The notes under the pieces: model-generated
The model's database searches: none
What the model was told of the DNA's origin: nothing
The model's input: only the letters and a program-made list of their open reading frames with translations
Made by a program: the position numbers and the translations under genes
NCBI GenBank assembly: GCA_021802105.1
Contig: JAKAAW010000002.1
Location: 993-64,992, forward strand
Reading direction: 5' to 3'
Length of the DNA stretch: 64,000 bases
DNA from: Nanobdellota archaeon
GTDB lineage: Archaea; Nanobdellota; Nanobdellia; Parvarchaeales; Parvarchaeaceae
Part shown: one piece after another, positions 57,269-64,000 of the stretch
Layout: the number at the start of each line of letters is the position of its first letter
How positions within the stretch are numbered: the stretch's first letter is position 1

Positions 57269-57904
57269 TCAATTGTTTATCGCGGCTATCTTAATCTCAA
57301 AATTCAACGTGTCGCCTACAAGGGGAGAGTTGAAGTTTATGGAAACTTTTGTGTAATTTCCCCATACTGTGCTATTTGTTCCGTTAACAACAACACTTGG
57401 ATTCAACTTTCCTGTGATATTCGTTCCATTTATCGCCATTATGACACCGTGTGAAATACCGTTGTATACCTGCTCTCCATCATGGATAGATTCATTTCTG
57501 AATACAGATGCATTGACTGTGAGGACAAGTGATGAATTGAAGTATCCGTACGCCTCACTCGGAGATAAAGTCACGTTCTTTATCTGGCCGACTTTCATCC
57601 CTATAACTGCTCGGCTAAACCCTGGAATCATCTGATTCGAGCCTGCTATGAAGCTGAATGGAGTACTGCCCATGTTTGAACCGAAAACAGTACCGTTTGC
57701 GAAACTCCCTGTGTAGTATACGCTCACATTGTCACCAGCAGCTATGACAGGTGAAGATCCGCTTAAATAAGGCAGGACAAAGAATACTGCAGCAATTACC
57801 GCGGCCACTGCGATCGTAGCGATGCCGTAAATGATCTTGAACCCGAAAGTTTTCTTCTCTTCTCTAGGCTCTGAAGGTTCTAATTGCTTTGTCTTCTCTT
57901 CCAT
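57269..57904 (-). CDS. Membrane-anchored FKBP-type PPIase
   Basis: N-terminal TM helix; GDNVSV.Y.G, MIPGF..A..GM, P.EAYG, FN.PL.G.TL.F. Confidence 0.85.
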   Translation of the reverse strand: MEEKTKQLEPSEPREEKKTFGFKIIYGIATIAVAAVIAAVFFVLPYLSGSSPVIAAGDNVSVYYTGSFANGTVFGSNMGSTPFSFIAGSNQMIPGFSRAVIGMKVGQIKNVTLSPSEAYGYFNSSLVLTVNASVFRNESIHDGEQVYNGISHGVIMAINGTNITGKLNPSVVVNGTNSTVWGNYTKVSINFNSPLVGDTLNFEIKIAAINN

Positions 57905-57969
57905 ATTTAGTTATTTATTCCAGAAATAAGCCATTATAGTATATTAAACTTTCTATCCGTCTAAATCGG

Positions 57970-59304
57970 TTAGATCATGCCTTTAGAAGAGGGGAGATCT
58001 TTCCGTATCGCTGCAAAGTTTACCCTACAGTCTAGCTGTTCTTTCACGTAAAGGAGGTCATTTAGCGCGTTATTCAGGCATGAGGAGGCTCCAGGAGACG
58101 GCGTTATATTGAACAGTATATTGGAACCCTCAACTCTAGCCTCTCCCATTATCAGTCTCTTCTTCTTTTCGTCTATTATTTGCGGTCTTATACCCCCTGC
58201 TTGCGTGTCTCGCGTCAAATCCGATGCTTTAAGCAAGGGGACTATCTTTCTCACTTCCTTCTCTGCAAACTCGTCTCTGCCTATAATGGGGAATTTGTAT
58301 AGTAGGTTCTTAGAGAGTATGCGCTGTATGTCCCTATGAAACAAAAGATGGAATAGACTCTCGAAAGTGCCAATGTCGAAATCGAAAGATTTCATGTATG
58401 GTATGAATGAACCAAGCTTGCCTTTCTCAAGAAAAGGGTAGATATCTACAGTCGGGCCGAATCTGCTCCTGCTAGGATAATTTATATCAGGATCCCCGTG
58501 TATCGCGGCGAAAGGTATATCCCCCATCTGGATTCTGTAGACCTTACCGTTGAGAACCTTGGGTGAGTGATAAAATCCACCCCCTACTGACAGGATTGAC
58601 ATTTCTCCCGCGTAGCCCATAGACTTAGCAAACATAAGGCTATACGCACCAGCCGCGAATATCACCATTCGCGCGCTTATCTCACCATGTGCAGTATAAA
58701 GGATATAAGAGCCTCCTTTCCTTTTTATCTTTTTTACTTCAGTATTGAATCGTATTTTTACGGCATCTCTTTTCGATAGATTTATGAATGAACGTGCCAA
58801 GCCCCCAAAGTTGACCATATATCCTTCAGGAGAACGGATGGCCTTTATATTTTCATCAGGATCTCTCCCTTTGACAACGTTAGGCTCGTAAATGGCTATC
58901 TCATTTTTGTCTATGAGCTTGAGTTTTGGGAATAGACTCCGTATGCCGGAGTAATATCTCGTCTCTAGTGCTTTGATCTCCTCTTCGCCGACAGCCAGCG
59001 CCATCTTTTCGCAGCCCTGTACTAGTTTTCTTCTAAGCGTCGGTTTTAACCCTGCTACATAATCTAATAGCATGTGAGCGGCTGTGCTTGTCTTCTGCGC
59101 CTTTTTTACGGGATAATTAGTCTCTATATCGCCGAAATGGAGAGTCTGGCTGTTGTTGTGGCTATCCGAGTTCAGTGGTGCCGGTGCACCATATTTTTCC
59201 AGTAACAGTATTCTTCCTACGTTGGAATACTTGCTCAGCATGTAAAGTGCAGAGGTTCCTACGACACCTGCCCCTATTATGACGACATCATATTCATTTT
59301 CCAT
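57970..59304 (-). CDS. mqo: Malate:quinone oxidoreductase-like FAD protein (Helicobacter-type)
   Basis: GAGVVG, NNSQTLH.GDIETNY, LNGKVY..Q...PFAA.HGDPD, GGIRPQ, NITPSPGASSCL.NA. Confidence 0.72.
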   Translation of the reverse strand: MENEYDVVIIGAGVVGTSALYMLSKYSNVGRILLLEKYGAPAPLNSDSHNNSQTLHFGDIETNYPVKKAQKTSTAAHMLLDYVAGLKPTLRRKLVQGCEKMALAVGEEEIKALETRYYSGIRSLFPKLKLIDKNEIAIYEPNVVKGRDPDENIKAIRSPEGYMVNFGGLARSFINLSKRDAVKIRFNTEVKKIKRKGGSYILYTAHGEISARMVIFAAGAYSLMFAKSMGYAGEMSILSVGGGFYHSPKVLNGKVYRIQMGDIPFAAIHGDPDINYPSRSRFGPTVDIYPFLEKGKLGSFIPYMKSFDFDIGTFESLFHLLFHRDIQRILSKNLLYKFPIIGRDEFAEKEVRKIVPLLKASDLTRDTQAGGIRPQIIDEKKKRLIMGEARVEGSNILFNITPSPGASSCLNNALNDLLYVKEQLDCRVNFAAIRKDLPSSKGMI

Positions 59305-59401
59305 CTACTTAAAGAGATGTCAACAATAAGTTATAAGACTACCCATTGATTCTAGTTCGCATAGAAAATGCAGTTTAATTTAAATTTTAAACTTATCTAT
59401 T

Positions 59402-60184
59402 TTAGGCGTTTGGTCTCCAGCTGCGATCCCTGAGAGGGTCTACAAGTTTCAGCTGTAGATACTCCCTTCCAGAATACAGCCCAAGTTCGCTTCTGCCCGT
59501 GCCGTCAAAGTTTGTCGCCACATTATGCAAAGTATTTCTTATGGATTCCCAATTTTGGTTGTATTTTCCATTCCCAGTAACTACGTGTTCTACTATATTC
59601 AGCACTGTGCCTTTTCTTGTTTGTTCTGTATACATATGCCAGCATAGTGACGTTTCATCTGGAAAGATTATCGCATTAGGGATTATGTACTCCCTACCTG
59701 CTTCCACACGGCTGTCCATGCTGTTCCTGTCCTCTAGATAAAGCTTGTGCAGGAATATTTTATTGCGCTTGTAGTACTCTATCAACCCCTTCTCATCATA
59801 TCTCTTGTCTATGTTATTATCCGTCATGAATCTCTTCATCGTCTGGGTACAGAAACCTATGCTGAGAGGAAGTACAAAGTCAGAAAAGATTTTGGTATCG
59901 TCTCCACGTGAAAACTTATCCACTAATGGGGTCAGTTTCACGTCCAGAAGATAATATGAAGCCTTAGTCGTGGATTTGTATGCGTGGTATCTGTGCATTT
60001 CCCCATCTTTGTTTTCACGGAACATCTTGTCTCCTCCGTACGGTACCTCTGTGCCGTTTTTAGGTCGAAATTCAAGCAGCGTTGCTTCCAAGATGCTGTC
60101 ATCATAACTCATCTTGTTATCCCACAAATCCGATAGATACATGGATGAAAGAATAGAACGCAAGCCCTTCGGATACGTTACCAT
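59402..60184 (-). CDS. Hypothetical protein
   Basis: 260-aa ORF with TATA-like motif upstream; no motif recognised. Confidence 0.6.
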   Translation of the reverse strand: MVTYPKGLRSILSSMYLSDLWDNKMSYDDSILEATLLEFRPKNGTEVPYGGDKMFRENKDGEMHRYHAYKSTTKASYYLLDVKLTPLVDKFSRGDDTKIFSDFVLPLSIGFCTQTMKRFMTDNNIDKRYDEKGLIEYYKRNKIFLHKLYLEDRNSMDSRVEAGREYIIPNAIIFPDETSLCWHMYTEQTRKGTVLNIVEHVVTGNGKYNQNWESIRNTLHNVATNFDGTGRSELGLYSGREYLQLKLVDPLRDRSWRPNA

Positions 60185-60269
60185 AATAATTGTATGATTG
60201 GATAAGTTATTTAAACGTTAGCTGAAACATAATGATAAAGTTTATTAACACCGTTATACTATCAGAAGC

Positions 60270-60848
60270 ATGGAAAAAATAAAAATAGTAGGCATAATAG
60301 GCAGTCTAAGAAAACAATCTTACAATAGGATGCTAATGAACGCAGCAATAAAACTCAAACCTGACAACTGCGAGATAGAAATCGCCGATATATCAGAAAT
60401 CCCTCCATACAATCAAGACATCGAGAATTCCGCACCGGAATCTGTCGTTGTGCTCCAGAAGAAAATAAAGGAGGCGGACGCGGTCCTAATATCTACACCA
60501 GAGTACAACTATTCTGTCCCAGGAGTTCTTAAAAACGCGATAGACTGGGCCTCAAGACCGTACGGTTCCGATGCTTTCACAAGCAAAGCAATAGGCATTA
60601 TGAGCGCATCCATAGGACAGATAGGGGGCGCTAGGGCGCAGTACCATCTCAGGCAGTCTTTTGTATATCTGGACGCTTTCACAGTGAACAAACCAGAGGT
60701 TATGCTAAGTTTCGCAAACGAGAAATTTGACGATAAGGGCGAGCTGAAGGACGAAAAAACCAAAGAGCTAATACGATTGTTATTGACTAATATAATCTCC
60801 CTTGCCAGACTTATGGAGAAGAATGAAAAGACCGTTGAAGCTCTTTAG
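60270..60848 (+). CDS. NADPH-dependent FMN reductase (ChrR/YieF-like)
   Basis: GSLR..SYN, TPEYNYSVPGVLKNAIDWASRP, GG.RAQ..LRQ. Confidence 0.92.
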   Translation: MEKIKIVGIIGSLRKQSYNRMLMNAAIKLKPDNCEIEIADISEIPPYNQDIENSAPESVVVLQKKIKEADAVLISTPEYNYSVPGVLKNAIDWASRPYGSDAFTSKAIGIMSASIGQIGGARAQYHLRQSFVYLDAFTVNKPEVMLSFANEKFDDKGELKDEKTKELIRLLLTNIISLARLMEKNEKTVEAL

Positions 60849-60886
60849 ACAGTTTATATATATACTGTACACTGCGAGGTTAGTAC

Positions 60887-61222
60887 ATGCTTGATGCCAG
60901 AAAAGGAAAACTTGAAGACCTGATAAGAGAGCTAGGAGCACCGGAGAGATTATCAACAAAGAAGGATGTGGCTATATACAGCACAAAGAAAAGTTTACTC
61001 AGGATCCCTAATAGAGTGTACATAACAGGATACGTAAAGAGCGACTCAAGACCATTGTACTTCCACAGCGTGGCTATAACGTATATCCCTGGAAAAAGGA
61101 CTGCAAACAGGGGAGAATGCAGCTGCGAATCATTCGAATACAGGGGATTCCCGTGCAAACACGCAGTTAAAATGAAGGATGCGTACGTCGCATGGCTTGC
61201 AATCGAGCGAAAAAATCGATAA
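60887..61222 (+). CDS. SWIM zinc-finger protein
   Basis: CSC..F......CKH. Confidence 0.75.
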   Translation: MLDARKGKLEDLIRELGAPERLSTKKDVAIYSTKKSLLRIPNRVYITGYVKSDSRPLYFHSVAITYIPGKRTANRGECSCESFEYRGFPCKHAVKMKDAYVAWLAIERKNR

Positions 61223-61405
61223 AACTTTGTATAAAGCGCCATTATCAAAAATAGTTGTTATTTGGTGGGAGCATATCAAAATTTCATAATGGGCTTGAGA
61301 AGGCAGCCAGTTTTGTATGGCTTATCATAGGTGCATGAGGTTATTATGCGCGACAGTTTAGATTTATAAATTGGAAATAACTATGTTATATTAGAGGTGT
61401 AACAT

Positions 61406-61924
61406 ATGTTAAAAAGAATTTTTAGTTTGGCAGATAAAGTATTCGGGGGGAAAGTTGTCTATGCGCACTGTGATATCCCATGCGGGATATATGACCCTCA
61501 CACTGCACAGCTGTCAGCCCATACAGTGATAAGGATGGATGCTCTGATAGAGAAGATGCCGAAGATAGGGCCCTCTCCCAGCAACGATGAATTCAGAAAA
61601 TACATACATGATCTTACGAGATACACTGATGTGAAGGAGGAACACGCGGAGAAGATAAAGAGTGAAGTAAGGATACTTTGGGGTGATTACTTCAAAGACG
61701 ACCATGCCAAACAGTTCCCCGAACTCGAAGGGCTCGTTCTTCAAGCACTTAGACTTGGTTCAAAGGTAAAACAGGAAGTCGATCCAAAATCTGCGCAGGA
61801 ACTCCTCGAGACCATTAACAAGATAGCCGAGATATTCTGGAAGACTAAGGGAATAGAGACAAAGAGGGTAAAGGTCACGTTCTGGCCCACCGATTCAGAT
61901 CTCGTTATTCCAATACTTAACTGA
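61406..61924 (+). CDS. sodN: Nickel superoxide dismutase precursor
   Basis: Ni-hook HCDIPCGIYDP after a 20-aa propeptide; KEEHAE..K.E..ILW.DYFK; IFW.TK. Confidence 0.93.
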   Translation: MLKRIFSLADKVFGGKVVYAHCDIPCGIYDPHTAQLSAHTVIRMDALIEKMPKIGPSPSNDEFRKYIHDLTRYTDVKEEHAEKIKSEVRILWGDYFKDDHAKQFPELEGLVLQALRLGSKVKQEVDPKSAQELLETINKIAEIFWKTKGIETKRVKVTFWPTDSDLVIPILN

Positions 61925-62217
61925 TGGTTTTTTTCCTGAAGAGATTCAGGGTGTCTGAAGAAAGCATGTTGCCCGGGATAAAGCCCGGTGATTACATCAT
62001 CGTAGACACTCTGCGCTATAAGCTTAGGTCCCCTAAGAATGGTGATATAATAGTCTTCAGGCACGATGGAATGGAGATGGTTAAAAGAATTTCCGCAAAC
62101 GATGGTGGCTCTTATACCGTACTCGGAGACAACCTAAACAAGAGCGTTGACAGCAGGAGATTCGGACCGATAAAAAAAAGGGATGTGGTAGGCAAAGTTA
62201 TCTGGATAGCTAAGTGA
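61924..62217 (+). CDS. sodX: NiSOD maturation peptidase (S26-like)
   Basis: V...SM.P...PGD, VKR, GDN...S.DSR.FG; TGATG overlap with sodN. Confidence 0.88.
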   Translation: MVFFLKRFRVSEESMLPGIKPGDYIIVDTLRYKLRSPKNGDIIVFRHDGMEMVKRISANDGGSYTVLGDNLNKSVDSRRFGPIKKRDVVGKVIWIAK

Positions 62218-62259
62218 TAACGCCACAAAAATAAATATAAGGTCCTCCAATACTATTGT

Positions 62260-62460
62260 ATGACTGAGATAGGAAAAATCGTTGAGTTCGTCAGCACCTC
62301 CAAGGTAAGCTTTGAGGACGCTGTTAAGAAAGCCGTCGAGGACCTCTCTAAGAAAGAGTCGGACGTTAGAGGCTTCAAAATAAAGAATGTCAGCGTGCAG
62401 ACCAAGAACGGAAAGATAGTAGGATGGCGCGTAAACCTTAAGGGTTCGGCCAGCGTTTAA
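62260..62460 (+). CDS. Dodecin-family protein
   Basis: KIVE.V.TS..SFEDAV..AV, G.I..WRV..K. Confidence 0.8.
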   Translation: MTEIGKIVEFVSTSKVSFEDAVKKAVEDLSKKESDVRGFKIKNVSVQTKNGKIVGWRVNLKGSASV

Positions 62461-62518
62461 CGCTAGACAAATGCAGCGGATTAACGTTTAGTTCACTTAG
62501 TCGTCTCTCTCGACTGCT

Positions 62519-63019
62519 TCAGTACAGTTCCCTTATGCCCGTGGATTCGAGTATGTTTGTGTAGTCAAGGAACACCTGTTTATTGATGCTCTTTCCAAGA
62601 TTTCTCAGAAGCATGAAGAGATATTTTTTTTCGTATGTGTACAGTTTTATGTACGGTCTTGACATAAAGCCTCCTCTTTTTAGCTTTATTCTTCTGATCT
62701 GAGAGTATGGGAGAGCAAAACTACCTTTATGCGTACTGAGTATAGTGATTGGGTCTACACTTAGCAGGCGGTGTGATTCGTCAGCGACATTCTTTACCAT
62801 ATTCTTGAATCTGAATCTTGGATCCGGTAAATGACCTATTCCGTCGATTCCATCTATGACAGCCAATCTTAAAAGTGATTCTGATTCAGCTGCGAGCAAC
62901 GTCGCAATGACCCTCTCCGATGTGAAAACAAGAGAATAGACTGGCTTGTTTTCTTCAGCCGGAAACTGCGCATTGTCTATGACGCCCAGAATCTTTTCAG
63001 GTTCAATCTCTTCTTGCAT
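62519..63019 (-). CDS. Hypothetical protein (possible PH-like fold)
   Basis: Y.L.FT.ERVI and LPYS.I..I.L patterns. Confidence 0.5.
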   Translation of the reverse strand: MQEEIEPEKILGVIDNAQFPAEENKPVYSLVFTSERVIATLLAAESESLLRLAVIDGIDGIGHLPDPRFRFKNMVKNVADESHRLLSVDPITILSTHKGSFALPYSQIRRIKLKRGGFMSRPYIKLYTYEKKYLFMLLRNLGKSINKQVFLDYTNILESTGIRELY

Positions 63020-63065
63020 AATACACAAGATCTAAAGCGTTTTTGATAAATAAATTTTTACACGC

Positions 63066-64000
63066 CTAATTTCTTGGCCCCTGGCCCCTGTTGTTGTGTC
63101 CGGGTCTTCCGTGCCTACTATGGCCGAAACTCTGTCTCCTGCCACCACCATAGCTATCTCTCGCGCCGCCGCGGCCGAAACCGGGATGCCCGAATCTGCG
63201 CGTGCCGTACATCGGCATTCTTGGTCTCTCGTGCTCGGGAAATCTGCCCCTGTAACTCTCAATATCCAGACTTATCTTCTCGAATTTTATGTTGGCGATG
63301 GCCTCGATATCAAATAGCATGTATCTTTGTCCCCCGCTTATTATCGTGACGGCCCTGCCGTTCTTTCCCATTCTGGCTGATCTACCAACCCTGTGTATGT
63401 ATACGTTCGGGTCCTTTGGGACGCCGAAATTTATAATGTCTGTTATATCCGCAATGTCGAGGCCCCTCGCGGCTACGTTGGTCGCAATAAGGAACTGTAT
63501 GTTCTGTCTAAATTTCGACAAGGAATGCTCCCTCTTAGACTGACTAAGACCTCCATGAAGAAGAGCAACGTTATAACCACCATCTTTCAGTGCGAAATAC
63601 ACTCTGTTAGCGTCCATCTTGCTCTCCACAAATATTATCGCTTTGTCCGGCTTGTAAACGTCTATATAAGCAGCAAGGGCAGCCATCCTGTCTTTGTAGT
63701 CGGCTACAGTGTACATGTGCGAAATCGTAGTTACTGTGATTTCCTCCTCTTTCCCGACCACTATATGGGATGGATTCTTCATATACTTCTCTGAGATCTT
63801 CACGACTGCTGTTGGCATAGTCGCAGAAAAAAGAAGTGTTTGCGATCTGTTGGTCAGTTTTGAGATTATGAATTCTATGTCCTCTATAAAGCCCATGTCA
63901 AGCATAGTGTCGGCTTCGTCCAGCACGAGATATTTGACGTCGGACGGCACTATCGCACGTCTCTCCATCATGTCTATTATCCTCCCCGGTGTACCTATTA
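63066..64000 (-). CDS. DEAD-box RNA helicase (5' part outside the window)
   Basis: TPGR, LVLDEAD.MLDMGF, SAT, HG.L.Q..R, ARGLD, YIHR.GR; Arg/Gly-rich tail. Confidence 0.93.
   Translation of the reverse strand, partial: IGTPGRIIDMMERRAIVPSDVKYLVLDEADTMLDMGFIEDIEFIISKLTNRSQTLLFSATMPTAVVKISEKYMKNPSHIVVGKEEEITVTTISHMYTVADYKDRMAALAAYIDVYKPDKAIIFVESKMDANRVYFALKDGGYNVALLHGGLSQSKREHSLSKFRQNIQFLIATNVAARGLDIADITDIINFGVPKDPNVYIHRVGRSARMGKNGRAVTIISGGQRYMLFDIEAIANIKFEKISLDIESYRGRFPEHERPRMPMYGTRRFGHPGFGRGGARDSYGGGRRQSFGHSRHGRPGHNNRGQGPRN

Overview
Archaeal chromosomal window, most consistent with a small-genome DPANN archaeon, possibly an acidophilic Parvarchaeota/Micrarchaeota-like lineage. This placement is inferred from the rps6e-aIF2gamma-PIN-alba-slyD-ftsZ-secE block, the archaeal LeuRS, TATA boxes just upstream of start codons and the divergent proteins. 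Metabolic and stress content: an MFS/MBL/HAD/GlpA/CoxG glycerol-phosphate operon, a maltodextrin-type ABC system with GH13, a GH15 enzyme, Mqo, an orphan cytochrome b, CopA with an unannotated TRASH chaperone, and sodN-sodX nickel SOD. An AT-rich accessory island (~20.3-30.4 kb) carries MNT-HepT and RelE-like toxin-antitoxin modules and an atypical mer operon. No transposase, tRNA, rRNA or CRISPR array was recognised. The non-coding DNA holds two hidden mobile systems: (1) a family of IS200/IS605-type hairpin ends, including a protein-less, promoter-bearing omegaRNA-like cassette at 35029-35255; (2) an IS903-like cassette with inverted repeats and a 9-bp target duplication that carries an HD-domain passenger gene (12350-13120). 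All product calls come from motif recognition by eye, not from database searches.
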